Assembly (NCBI GenBank): GCA_946965045.2
Contig: OX337241.1
Span: 2,170,001-2,234,000, forward strand
Length of the DNA stretch: 64,000 nt
Source of the DNA: Epithemia pelagica
Taxonomy: Eukaryota; Protista; Bacillariophyta
Direction of reading: 5' to 3'
In this document: positions 20,046-33,210 of the stretch, piece by piece
Numbering within the stretch: position 1 is the first letter of the stretch
Layout: every line of letters begins with the position of its first letter
Notes under the pieces: generated by a model
The model's input: the letters and a program-made list of their open reading frames with translations, nothing else
The model's database searches: none
Told to the model about the DNA's origin: nothing
Translations under genes and position numbers: made by a program

Positions 20046-22086
20046 ATGGTGTGGAGCGAATGGGGATCCTCCTCCTCCCAGGCCGTTTCCACCAAGGTCC
20101 GCGACATCGTCGCCTTGGTTTGGACAGCATGGCAACTGGGAGGCTCCTCGATGATGGGTGTCATGGCCATCCCCTGGATCCTCCTTGGTTGGAACCACCA
20201 GTAGTAGTAGTAGCACCCGTACGACACTACGGTCCACGCATCCGACTGCATCCAACGAGGAGAGCATGTCTCCTCCTCCCAGTACGGCCGATACCGAATG
20301 GGGCCAAGCCATTGCCAAACCCACCGATTCATTGGTAGTCCAAGACTCGTCCCGGATCCAAGACGATGACGACGAGGAAGATGTCGAAACGGTCGATCTT
20401 GCCATTGTGGGTGGTGGATTGGCAGGATTGGCCGCGGCCGTGGGACTCCAACAACTCCAAACGAACCACCACAACGATACGACGACGAGTACAACACTCG
20501 GCAAGCACCACCTGAAAAGGATTGTCATTTACGAACGAGCTCCTCACTTGCGATCGTCCAGTCAAGGTGTGGTGGGTCTGGATCCCAATGGACTGTGGGC
20601 CTTGCATCAGATTCATACCGATTTGCCCCGACTCTTGACCCAGGCCGGGTGTGTGTCGCAACATTTTCGCCGGACGCGAGTCGATGCACAAGAAGGAACT
20701 CGAGAGGACATTGTCATACCTCAGAATGCTTCCACTACGACAACCACACCTACTGGTACGGGCAACTCGACTTCCACATCCGCATCGTCGTCGTCATCGT
20801 CATCCTTTGAGTTTACGATTCTCGCGTGGAGTCGCATTCAGCAAACCTTGGCGACGGTCCTGTTTGGAACCCAAACGAATGACACTCCTGACAAAACAGA
20901 AGAAGAACAAGATCAAGATGCGTCTCTGACCTTGGTGACGAATTGTTCCCTCTCGTACTTTGTGGACCATCCCGACTGCGACCATGTAGTGTTGCAGTTT
21001 GATGATGGCAAGAGGGTTCGTGCCAGGGCCGTCGTGGCCTGTGATGGAGTCTTTTCCGTCGCACGACGACAAATTCATGCCCACTATCGTGCACACGTCT
21101 TATCGTCGTCGTCGTCGGACAGTGAGCCGCCCACAGCAAACGAGTTGAAAACAAAGAGTGCTAGTGACGCGGCGTCCCCGAATGTGGGAGGCGCCAATTC
21201 GGCTCACCTCCAAGACAGTCCCATTTTCTTTGGACAACTCAATTGGGCCACCATTATTCCGACTCACAAACTTCCACCCGGATTGCATGGAACCAAGGAA
21301 CTTCGATATCTGGAGCATGATGGCGAACCACGGTGGATGTCCATGATTATCGATGGGGGCGGTGGCCACCCACCAGAAACACGACAAACCAATGACAATG
21401 ACAACGATAACGATAATGATCATGATGGTACGCAGGAGGCCATTACTTTTTGGCAATTCCGCGTTGCCAATCCCGACGTTTCCCTCTCGTTGTCGGGTAA
21501 CAATGGTCGCGGTGGTCTCGGACTGCCCGGTGTCAAGGACGGATTGTTGCCACTGGCCCGAGCCATTCCCGAGGTGGCGGCCGCCATTTCCGCGACACCC
21601 GAAGCGCAAATTTTTGAACGTTCCATTGTGGGTCGTTTGGTCTTGCCCACGTGGCGATCGCAGGGGGGTGGCCGAGTGGTCTTGGTGGGAGATGCGGCCC
21701 ATGGACAACATCCCAATATTGGTCAAGGTGCCAATTCCGCCTTTGAGAGTGTCGCGGCTCTCTTGGATACCATTCGAACCGAACTACGGAACAAGGCAGT
21801 GGAAAATCATGACAACGGTTTGGCTGGTCCATTGGACTGGAACCGTGTATGGGCCGCCTTTGAAGCGGCGCGCAAACCACGCGCTGATCTGGCACAACGA
21901 TTTGCCAACATGATGGGAATTCTCCAAGCAGTGGGTTCCGTCCCCTTGACCGTGGAACAACGATCGATTGTTGGAACATGGATTCGATTACCCTGGACGG
22001 TTGATGAGAAACTGCCACCGGAAATTATTGAAATCTTGGAAGCCTATGACCCCTTGGAGCAGCCCGGAGTATCTCCTCTCTGGTGA
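20046..22086 (+). CDS. FAD-dependent monooxygenase copy 2; N-terminal targeting peptide detached by a 5-bp deletion; possible new start at 20266
   Basis: Near-identical to copy 1. ATGGC-ATTTC-CATCCCC becomes ATGGC-CATCCCC at about 20167; the catalytic region is intact in ORF 20158-22086. Confidence 0.8.
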
Positions 22087-22977
22087 GCTACCAAACATCC
22101 CATTTGTAAAGTCTGTAGAAATGAAAGAAAGCGATTCAAAGTCGCGTGACAAAACTCATCTTAGTCTTTGAGTTCATATCGCAGCTTCTGGGATTTCCAG
22201 AGTATCATTGTCCATGGCTCTCAAACGTCACATGGTCCACGGAGAACTGGGAGCCAACAGTAGGACCAGCATGGCGTCACCCTCTTGTCCTTCTCCTCCT
22301 GTTCGAAAGATCATGTCGATCCAACCGTTTTGTCCATGGCGGATTCTTCCTCGTCTTGGTGCCCTCTCCTACTCATCGTCGTATTCATCGCTGGATCGAA
22401 CTCAAGTCTAAACAAGACCGGATCTGCCAAGAATACGGACAAAACGACATTGTCGAGACACAAGTCGGGTCGTTCCTTCCATGTATTAAGAATGCATCGA
22501 GACCATAAAACAACTGTCATCTTCCACTGAAAGATGATCCATTCTATTCAAGACCAGAGAGCATTCAACACCACAGAGAGGGAACGGTACCATGGCCATC
22601 CACCCAAGAGTGTGGTTGCCAGACATCCGCAGGTTTGCAGAGGACAGCAGTTTTATTTACTACAAGGATTGCTGACTATGGTGCATGGATCCAACTGCCA
22701 CAGACGCCATGGCATCAGAAGCAAATTCATGTGCGGTCACGTTCAAAACATGCGCCGAGTTGCTCTTAGATCCACGTGTTCTGTGGTGTATTTTTCGACA
22801 GAGCAAGCCATTCCTATATAGGTATAGTGATTGAGAGCTTTTCATTAACTTATATGATTCACAACGTAACTAAGGATGGACACAATCTCCTCTTTTGTAC
22901 GAGAGTATAATGACCATGATATAGTTGCCGGGCTCATGGCCGTGCAACTTGTTGCACATTTCAAGTGCCATCCTCCA

Positions 22978-24165
22978 TCATGTATTGGTCCTCAATCGTT
23001 TAAGAGTGGATGTCGAGATGGTGCAGGATGTTACATTGACATCTCCGTTACCCGATCTTGATAGACAGTGATACCATCCGCTGGGCTGCTGCGTACAGAG
23101 TTGGCGAAAACACCATGTATTCTTGTCCAGTAGTGGTAATGTCAGACAGGTAGGATTCTCAAATCCACTAATCACAGCAACTTGATGGGCAAGAGTCACC
23201 AAACTAAAGTCTTCACGGCGATTTCCCAATGGTGGGAGATTCCATACGCTGTTGCGGTTCGTATCCAAGATTTCCACGCTTGAAAGGCTTCCTCCGGCCA
23301 CAACCAGACAGGATCCCACGGCAGCCACTGCGCATTGATGTCTTGCTTCGGAAAGTACCAAATCAGAGTGAGTCGTCCAAGAGGACGAGGAGGAAGTGAC
23401 TATAGAAGCAGTTTCCTTTCTTGTCTCATCACTGTCACAAGGCTTTGCAAAGTCCATGTACTCCACCGAGTCAAGATTGATGCCGTTCTCGTTACGACCT
23501 CCAACGACAAAGATGCGGTGACCAACGACCGCACTGGCACAAAAACGGCGAGGAACGTTCATGGATGGTCCAGCAGTAACAATGTGATTGTTGGCATCAA
23601 TAATATCCACCGACGAACAAATTGGCCTACCGCCGTCATTGCCACTCATCACAACAATATATCGATTGTGGACCGCAACAGCACAACATGCAAATCGTCG
23701 CCTTGATAAGCGACATGTCAATGTCGTCCACTGGCTCTCTTTTGAATTGCTGGTTGTCAAAGATAATTGCAGCACATCATTGGCATCGATGCGTTCGATA
23801 CAATTCAAACATGAACCTTCAGAGTATCCTCCCATGACGTAGATACCTCCGTTGCACACCACTGCGGCGTGTCCATAACGTGTCTTGTTCATGGGCGTCC
23901 CTGCTCGCCACTTCTTGTTTGCTTCTGATAAATCCAATACACGAACGGAATTGACATATCATTGGCCTTGTAGATGTCCTCCCAACACGACGACAGTTTG
24001 TCTCTTGTTGTTGTTGTCCGTATCGGGATGATTTAGTACGACCGAAGCGTGATAATAACGCGCTCCACCCTCGAGAGGAGGCCAATCGTCGTTATTCCAT
24101 TCTGTTGTCTCGTCCGATAGGAAAAGCCCCGACTGCCATGCTCGTTCTTTCAATCTCGTGGTCAT
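22978..24165 (-). pseudogene. Kelch-repeat protein with one in-frame TGA at 23959-23961
   Basis: Kelch blades (RYYHASVV..VVLGG, RYGHAAVV..YVMGG, RRFACCAVAV, RRFCASAVVG..FVVGG, RHQCAVAAV..VVAGG). ORFs 23959-24255 and 22978-23937 share a frame. Confidence 0.8.
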
Positions 24166-24658
24166 GGTTCCAACCGCCCAATTTATGAGGGGATCGGACG
24201 GCAGTTGATGGTTGATGTTGATGATGGGTACGGACTGGAAACTGGAACACAGCAACTAGAACAGCACGATCAAAATTTTTGTAGAACGTAATTTACGCGT
24301 GGAAGCTTTTGAGCCAGAGTGTCTGTCGAAGGTACGGTCTCTTTCACAGTTGATCGCACAAAGGCTGCATGACAGCACCACAGCCACAGTAAACAGTAAC
24401 CTTATCTTGCCAAAAATGATTCGAGAATTCATCGATCACCACAGAAGTGTACCGAATTCGTGCTATCGGACGTGGTGCAGTTTTCTTCTTCCCCACTTTT
24501 CCCACCACGTCCGACTACGCTACGGACTGCGGACTGCGGACTACGGACTACGGAGAGACCGCTTCCTCCACCCAATGACGTTATACGGGACTCATACGTC
24601 AGGAATACAACTTACCGGTTTACTGGTTTTATGCGTTGAATGTAAGTAGAATAAGACA

Positions 24659-26881
24659 CCCCAAAGAATGTGATGAGGCAGCAACAAAACACGCGGTGAG
24701 AATACAAGATCTGCTTTTGGGTTTTGGGTCTGTTTCCGCGCCTCCAAAGTTCAATAATACGGACAACAGCGATTGAAAAGCACAGAAGAAGAACGAACCA
24801 CCATGTCTGAGCTGTTTGACGCTGCGACTTCCGATCTTCGACCCGCTAGGAGAGGTTGCGGGTCGAAGATCGGAAGTCGCAGCGTCAAACAGCTCAGACA
24901 TGGTGTACGTTAACACTACGGATCATCTTTCTTCTCATGTTATACTTTGCAACGTCTCATTCTTACTTTGGCGTGGGGGATGATTATTTGTTTCAGTTAA
25001 ACCATCATCTAAAGCCTATCATAGCCTCGCGGAGCTGATTGAAAAAGACCAATTGCAGTGCTTCCGTTTGCGAAAGGAAGCTTTGAGAATTGAAAAAGGT
25101 AATGTCGGGTGCTGGTGCATGCGGTACTATTGCATGACTCTTGGCAAACACTCACTGTCTATCCCTTTTTTTGTCATGTAGAAAAGTGCAAGGATGACAA
25201 AGAACGCAAAAGAAAATCAACTCTCTCAAAAGCGATAGACTAGAAGAGCTTATCATCCAAGGAGCACGTCTCCACAGCCAAGGGAACATCAAAGGGACAA
25301 GTTATTGTTGTAAAGCTATTCCGGAAGGAACTCGGCGGAGTTGGTGGAGACGAGAGTCTTTGGTATTCGCCGGAGTACAACGAAAAACTCATACAAGATC
25401 TTGTATCTAGAATAGAGGAAGAATCAAAATGAAACTCCTGGAGAAGAAGGATGTTAACTCGGTTGAGGTGGAGATAAGTGGAACAGTTTCGAATCGCACA
25501 GCTTTCGTGTACGTTCACATAAAGGGTCATCTCCCTTCTTTTTGCGTTGCTTTGCACTCTCTGAATCTTACTCTGGTGTGTGGTGTGATTATTATTTGTT
25601 TCAGTTGAACCATCCTCGGAAGACTATCACCGCCTAGTGGTGGAGAGCGAACAATACCAATCGCAGCGCTTCCGTTTGCGAAAACAAGCTTTGAGAATTG
25701 ATGAAGGTAATTTCGGGTACCGGAGCATGTGGTACTAGACCCCTGGCGAACGCTCACTACCAATCTCTCGTTGTTTGTCATATAGATAATTGCAAGGATG
25801 ATGAAGAATGAAAAAAGCATCCAGGAGGAAATCCTCTCAAAAGGGAAAGACTAGAAGATTTTGCCATCCGAGGAGCACGTCTCACCCATGGGAGCAACAG
25901 TGGGACACCTGTAGTTGTGGAGCAATTTCGAAAGGAACTCTGCGGAGTTGGTGGAAACAATTGTCTTTGGTGTTCGCCTGAGTACGAACAACTTTTCACG
26001 AAAGAACTCGTATCTAGAATAAACCAAATAATCAAGGACATCTCGAATCGAGGAAGAATCCAAACGAAATTCCTGGAGAAGGAGGATTTGAACTCATCGG
26101 TTGCGGTTGAGTGTCTCATGTAGACAATTGCAAGGGACGACAATGAACTCGAAAGGATGGAGGAGAATCTTGACTTTCTCTCAAAAGCAACAGACTCGAA
26201 GAGCGTATCATCCAAAAAGCTCCAAGACATTCTTTGGTGGTCATTGAACTACGAAAAACAAAAAGTCAAGAAACGACAACTGGTATCCAGTACAAAGCAC
26301 AAGCCAAAAACGAAATTCTTGGGCGAGAAGACTGTTGACTCGGTAAGGGGTTTCCAAAGTGGAACAATGAGTGGCTCCTAGTCCAAGAGAAAAAAAAAAT
26401 GAGTTTGGGGTCCTAGCGTATGTCCTATCGAGTTTCGGGCGTCCAGAAGACATGGAATAGTAGGACCAACCAGAGACTACATCCTTTGCTGTAATCCTAG
26501 TCTCCCTACTACTTGTCATTATTTTTTCCAGTCCCCAAGCCTGACTTCCAGGCCTGACTTGGAATCCAACAAATAGAAGTATTGCATGGCAACGACTCCA
26601 GGGAAACTTGAAATGGATATGGCTGGTGGAAGCTAGTTTCGGGATCGAGGAGTCGTGCCGTCGGACCTTTATGACACAACGACACCATGGCCACGACGTA
26701 ACCAGCACCACATGAGACATGAGGTGCCGAACGCTTCATAATTCACAACCACACATCACATCACTGTCCACAACCACCATGGTCTGCGCTCCCTCCACAC
26801 TCCCACCCGAAGGGCACCAGCTCCTTGCCCAAGACACACACGTGACAATCGAAGAACAAGTGCGGGTCCGCCTGACCTTTC
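24659..26881. repeat. Left arm of a large degenerate inverted repeat; internally two-plus tandem units of about 610 bp from a decayed coding sequence
   Basis: Reverse-complement match to 35494-38187. Unit markers GTTTCAGTT(A/G)AACCATC lie near 24990 and 25600; GCAAGG(A)TGA...CTCAAAAG recurs near 25190, 25790 and 26130. Confidence 0.85.
24799..24905. repeat. Perfect 48-bp fold-back palindrome with an 11-nt loop
   Basis: CACCATGTCTGAGC...CGACCCGC / TAGGAGAGGTT / GCGGGTCG...CAGACATGGTG. Confidence 0.95.
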
Positions 26882-27545
26882 AATCAAGATTTGCTGCAAA
26901 ATTGGGAGACTCTCTGGGAGGACTGCAACGCATCTTGATTCTCAACCGTTGTTGCGAGTGGACACACAACATTTGACATGGCTGCATTGTGTGGTTGGGA
27001 TTGGACCAGGCTTGTGCCCTTTGGAGCGATTGTTGTTTCGTGGCCGTCAAGGAGCCAACAGGGGTGCCACACCTTGCCAGTCTAATCCTGCGAGTAAAAT
27101 GCTGTAAGATCGTAACACTTACCGGAACAAGGGCATGCAGTACCTTCCCTCCCCAGGTTTTCGCCCAGACTGTCAATTATGGCAAAAAATGCGACGCGTT
27201 CCTTCTTGTAGTTCCAGCATGCATCTCTACAACAATAGTCCTCTCCCGCTCTGCAACACTGTTGGGTGGGACATACTAGATGCCGATGGAGCATGTGGCG
27301 CAATATTCAATAGCAACTGGGTAGCTCATGAGACACAAAATACGGCTTCATGAAACCAAGGCAATGGATAGGCGCATTCGTATCCAACATCTATAGAGAG
27401 GTAAACCACATCGACACACTCAATTCTCCATCGGGAACATCTTTTCCCCTAACGCTGAAAACTGAACGACTGTGTGGATTATGGAGTGTCGACTTATGTT
27501 GTCATTATGCTTTGAACAGGTAGACCAATGACCATCCAAGACACG

Positions 27546-28577
27546 TTACAGCTCGAATTCAAACCTCGTTTGTTTCGCAAGCTCCATCAATTCGTCGTCC
27601 GTGACTGTTTTGGCCAGTTTGGTGCGTTTCAACCACACCAGCACGTCAGTCCAGGAATCGGGAAGCGATATCATGAACTGAACGGCACCGCTCATACCAC
27701 CCACGAGATACCGTGTCTGTGGCATGGAGGATCGCATCGCGTGGACCACGGCTCGTGACGTGACACGCGGTGACTGACTGTGATCCAAAATGGTTTTGGC
27801 CACCGATCGCATGCCAATCTCCTCGGTTTGGGCATAGACACCCTTGCCTCGGAACTTGAGGATATCTTGGAAATGAGTCATGATTGGTGTCATGATGATA
27901 CCGGGCTCCAAAATGGACACATGGACCCCCAATCCATAGACTTCACGTCGTAAGGAATCCATCATGGCCTCGACGGCATATTTGGAACTAGAATAGGCTG
28001 ACACAAATGGTGTTGCCAGACGACCAGCAATGGATGTGTTGCTCACGATACGTCCTTTGCGACGTCGAATCAAGGGAAGAAAGGCTTGCGTCACTTGAAG
28101 CAAGCCAAAGTAGTTGACTTCAAAGATTTGACGCACGGTCTGCGTGGAAATGTGCTCCACACTCAGACCCTCATTCTCTGCAGTCTGTCCTGAAACACCA
28201 GCATTGTTAAATAACCCGTACAAGCCATGGTCGTCGCCCACAATCGATCGGACTTCCTCCACCGCTGCCTGGATTTGTTCTGGCTTGGTCACATCCAATA
28301 AAATGGGTTTGATCTTGGACGGATCAATCTCAAACTTGGTGGCCGATTGCAACAATTCCTCTCCATGCTCCAGTTTGCGAACTCCACAAAAGACGGTAAA
28401 GCCTTCCTTGGCCAACGTCAAGGCAGCATGCTTGCCAATGCCCGTATGCGCTCCAGTGACCACAATGGCATCGCCTTCTTCAATTGGAAGAAAGGACGAG
28501 GAGCGCAGATACCAGGCAACCTGATACGATACGACTGCGACCAAAAGGCTGACGGTGAACGTGCGAAGGGAAAGCAT
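27546..28577 (-). CDS. Short-chain dehydrogenase/reductase (retinol/17-beta-HSD-like), intact copy
   Basis: N-terminal TM, VVTGAHTGIG, LFNNAG, SAYSSSK (YxxxK) and ILEPG motifs. Confidence 0.92.
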   Translation of the reverse strand: MLSLRTFTVSLLVAVVSYQVAWYLRSSSFLPIEEGDAIVVTGAHTGIGKHAALTLAKEGFTVFCGVRKLEHGEELLQSATKFEIDPSKIKPILLDVTKPEQIQAAVEEVRSIVGDDHGLYGLFNNAGVSGQTAENEGLSVEHISTQTVRQIFEVNYFGLLQVTQAFLPLIRRRKGRIVSNTSIAGRLATPFVSAYSSSKYAVEAMMDSLRREVYGLGVHVSILEPGIIMTPIMTHFQDILKFRGKGVYAQTEEIGMRSVAKTILDHSQSPRVTSRAVVHAMRSSMPQTRYLVGGMSGAVQFMISLPDSWTDVLVWLKRTKLAKTVTDDELMELAKQTRFEFEL

Positions 28578-29211
28578 CAGGGGCGCTTTGATGATGTATC
28601 AAGCAGAGGATCAAGATAACTAAGGTCTTGTTGTGGAAAGATTGTGTCAATTTTTCCTTACGACGAGGAGGACTGACTCGACCACGCGTCTTGGAATATC
28701 CCTGGCCTCTCTTGGTCCAACGCAGCCGTCGAAACGACAGCCACACTTCTTCCAGCAACACTGGTCACTGGTGGATACCTCCACAACAACGGACCATTCG
28801 GAGGAAACGGCCGAATTAACGTCAGAAACCATGTCCGCAATTCATGATTTGAATGCTTCTCTCACTTACTACGTTTAGATCGTATCGATCGACTCATCGC
28901 GTTCGCGGTTCGCGGGTGAACCGACGGAGAAATGCCATGTCATGCTTTCTTCAATTCAATGACGACGTAAAGCGCAAACGGAGAAACCTGGGATTCCCAC
29001 TGGGATGGCGCATTGACATAGGGTCCACCAGCTACCCTCCAAATCCGTTTTCTCTACCCTCAAGCGGTTTCTGAGTCGTGGGTTTTCGTGATTCGGTTTT
29101 TTTAACAAGGACTACATACGTCAATCTACTCCGTCTCGAATTCTCACGAATACGTATGACTCTCGAAACGCTTGGAAGTCCCATTTCTTCCTTTTGGAAC
29201 CCTCTGAGTAG

Positions 29212-30063
29212 CTAGTGTCTATTCTACCCCGGTTTGTCCTCATATTATGAGGACAGCGCTTGTCCTCATATGAGGACAATCCTACTAAAATCACATCTAC
29301 GTAGACCACAGTAGCTTTTGTACGAAGCTATCGACAAAAAATGTAACCCAACCATGGGAATCTGCCGTTCTACCAAAAAAATGAACAACTAAAATAGAAA
29401 AGTAATAGACCACAATCAACCATTATGTTCTATGTTTATGTGGCAAGACACTACGTGTGTTGGAAAATGCATCCATCCAGTTTATGTAGGGCAAATCCAA
29501 CCATTTTGTCGAGGGAGTTCAACTGTCTTCACAGACACTGGCGGATTTGACTCTCCCACTGCACTTTCCTGGTTCCCTGAAGGTGTGTGTGCTTCCTGTA
29601 CATGAACTGTTGGGGTGCAGGAGGCTCAGACGCCACATTTGACCCTGTATTGGTGTCGAATGCTGTTACGGTCTCAGAATTTTCCTCTGTTGTGATGGAG
29701 GCTTGTTTTGGCTGAATTCTCTCAATCTGATGCCTCAATCAGGCAAAGGACAACTGGTCATCAACACTAGGGATAATAACACTCATCAGGTTGATTGTCT
29801 TCTGTTTTATCCCCTCCAAACACTCAGTTTAGAAAATCACCATCGCTCGAACATGGATGAATTCTGTTTTTGATACTGTATCGTCACTACTCATCACAAT
29901 TAAAGCATGAGAATATCATGGGGTACGTTTTCAAGTATGGAGATTACGAATCTGAACTTAAAAACCACTTAGGAGTACATGATTGATTTGATATTCTTCT
30001 TTTGAAAGTGTACTCATATGAGGATTTGTCCTCATATGAGTACCGGGGTAGAATAGACACTAG
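29212..30063. mobile_element. Non-autonomous DNA transposon (MITE-like, about 850 bp)
   Basis: Perfect 22-bp terminal inverted repeat CTAGTGTCTATTCTACCCCGGT, whose outer CTAG or TA may be the target site. Palindromic subterminal CTCATATGAG motifs at both ends; AT-rich interior. Confidence 0.85.
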
Positions 30064-30227
30064 AGCTCTGCCAATCAATTCGAGCATCCTGTATCCTGTA
30101 CAACGATGCAGCCCCGTTCAGGTCTAAGGACCTATACGTCGTCTTCTAACGATAAGAACAAACAAGCAACAAACAAACCGTATCTATAAACAATTCTATT
30201 CATTCAATAAGACTACCTTGGTGGTGA

Positions 30228-33210
30228 CTACACATCGGAACGATTTGTTCGGACGGTTGTTGCCATGGCTTCGTCCTTGCCAACATCCGACTCGGACGAC
30301 GACAAGGACACCGTGGGTGTATTTTCAGGACCAACAAGTGACAACACCACAGGTAGGAGAATCAAACCGTGACCAACACCCAACGTCACCAAGCCCACAA
30401 AGGCAATGAAAATCGTATAAAAGATGGTACTCGTCGAAAAGGCCAAGGGCAAGGTTCCCATAAAGGTCGAAATCCCACCAATCAAGACAGATGCACCCAT
30501 GGTTCTCAACATTTCCACAACCTTTTCTTCGCGGTTGCCCGACGACTCATAGTATCGCAACAAGACGTGCAAGATAAAGTCCACCAACAATCCAATCGAC
30601 ATGACCAAGGCAATGTAACTCACGGCATTCACGTAAACACCTGCCCATTGCATCACACCCAACAAATCAATGTACAACAAACAAATCATGGGAAGCACAA
30701 ACAAGGCTCCCGTCCAATGGGGAACAAACACGAGAGCTACACCCGTCACTGCCACCACTCCCAATACAGTTGTCAAAATCAGCTCGTCCACCGACACGGC
30801 ATAAAACTCCCAAATATCATAAATGCCATCGTAGGAAAAGAACCTCCACTCCGACTGGCCAGCATTAATGGGTTGGCGCGAGGTCACGGATCGCTGATCT
30901 TTCAAGGTGTCAATTTGATCGTTCACATCTTCAATGTCCACATTGTCCATTTGAAGTTCCACACGAGACGCAATAATGTGACCACTCGTCTCATTTCGCA
31001 CAATGTGATCCGCATACAGGTCAAAGTACACAAGATCAGACAAGAAGACGTCCAGTTGTTGCGCAAAGTCCAGTGTCGACAAGGTACCAGTCTCATCTTG
31101 TGCCACAAAAGCTTTGAAGTCACGAAGCCAAAAGAACTCCGGTTGCTCCTCAATCGCCGAAATGGACACAAGATCATTCACATAGGCTTCCATTTGTTCT
31201 TGAATATCCTCTTGCGACTGATCCACAAAACGAAAGTACACATAGGGGGCTACCGTACTTCGAGCGGTATACTCGTCCAGGGAATCCAAAAAGTCGGTCA
31301 CATAGGAATCGTCTGGCATCACGTCCGAAAACTCAAACTCTTGCGTCAAATTGGATGCACTCAAGGAACAAACAATTGCCAATGCAACAAACGAGCCAAG
31401 CACGACAACCTTGACCACAGGTTTCATCAAAAAGTTGGCATTCCGGACCATAAATGCATCCACAAAGGTCCCAGTGTGTTTGGAAGTACTTGTTGTTGCT
31501 TGATTTGGCGCAGAACTTGTTGTTTCGTCTTGTTGCTCTTGGTCATTGTCGGGTTTGGCCGTGATGCAGGTGCAGCAATCACGACGTCCCTCTTGGATCC
31601 GACGAGCATCCAGCACCAGACAACCAACGAAAAAGGTCAGTTGGTACAGGTAAATAAAGATAATTGTTGGAAAGGCATACAAGCACAACCAATACACGGC
31701 TGGAATGCTCGACAAACAACCCAGACCAAAGGCCAGGACAGATGTCAACGTTGTCAAGGTAATGGAAAGACCGGCATCTTCAATGGTGTCCTGAATGCGT
31801 TCCGTAATTTCCTTGTCTTCGCTGGTACGGGAAAAGGCTCCATACACAATAAAGGCGTCGTCCAGACCAATGCCAAAAATGACAAAGGGAAGGATCTGCG
31901 TCATGGAGGTGAAGCTAACACCGATAATAAACAAGAGACCAAAGCCCGAAAAGAGACTCAACAAGACCGATAGGACAGCGGAAAAGCCCAACAAACTTTG
32001 TGACCGAACCTTATCCTTCTTCCAAAACACCAATGCTGTGAAGATGGACATAATTACAAAGACAATCGGAATCAATGGAATGTCTCGTACAATGGCACGT
32101 TCGAATCTGTAGTAACACAAGAGAGAAAACCATGCATCCATGAGCATCAAAAACCAGACTACAACCATGTTATTTTTATACAGTCACACGTACTCATCCC
32201 CAAAGGATCGTTCCGCCAAAACTTCGAGGCGCAAGTTGTTATCCTCGATTGCCTCGAGTGCATCACTCAAGGAATGAATCGCATCCAGGGCGTCCTCTTC
32301 AAAGTCTTCCACCTCTTCCTCATCCGTACCCGGCAAGGCAAAAATGATGGAATAGGACTGGGCCGACACCAATGTCCCATCGGAATTACGCTCTGGTTTT
32401 CCAAAGACTCCATTTTCCGATACCGGACTGCCATTCGGAAAGGTCTCGGCCGACATGGCTTGAATCGCTTCTTGATCGGAACCGACTTCTTGTTGAAAGA
32501 TGGTTGTCATCAAGTTCCAAAAGTTGACGACACCATCAATCTCGCAGGTGGTCTCACCCGTGGTGGGATCCTTGTATGTGCTCTTGGCACAAATGCGATC
32601 GTACCCAGGGACCGCACGCACGGTATCCAAGGCTTGAAAGACACGATCCAGCTGAGATTGTCCCAAGACATTGGCGCCATTGGCATGAAAGAAGAGAACA
32701 AAATCACGAGATTCTACTGGAAAACCTGGTTTGGCCTGTTCAATCCAATCACTGTGCTGGACCGGTTTCGAATTGGCCGGTGTCCACAGTTTGTCCTCGT
32801 CCACATCCAAGGTAAAGTTCGTAAAGAGACCCACGACCAACAACATCAAGGACAGACATGTGACGGCGAGAATGGTGCGTTTGGGATGGGTGGCGGAAAT
32901 TTGCGTCACACGCTGCAATGAGGCAACAATGGGAGCATGGAGGTACAAGACTCCACGAGTCCACATGTCCGACCAAGTGTTGGACGGGAGAGTGTGGTTC
33001 GCATCAGAGTCTGCAAGACCAGAATGAAAATACCCATTAGTTCATGCTCGTTCCAGTATTTGATCTCAAAATGCATCGTTTTTCTAACTTACCTTGGTCG
33101 GATGAGGTTGGACTGTCATCGGAAGGCGTGATGTTGTCGTCAAGGACCACAGATTCCATCTTTGTCAGGGTCGTGTCATGCATGTTGGAAGTTTCCTCTT
33201 GGAGGCTCAT
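30228..33210 (-). CDS. Patched-domain / NPC1-like sterol-sensing RND transporter, 3 exons: 33210-33093, 33010-32194, 32106-30228
   Basis: GT-AG introns 33092-33011 and 32193-32107 restore the frame (SDQ|DSDAN; GDE|FERAI). PFVIFGIGLDDAF and SIGLLVDF (GxxxD) motifs; two sets of TM helices. Confidence 0.9.

Noticed and set aside
26882-27347. Possible decayed coding fragment between the repeat arm and the SDR
   Set aside because: Stops occur in all frames and no motif is recognisable with confidence.
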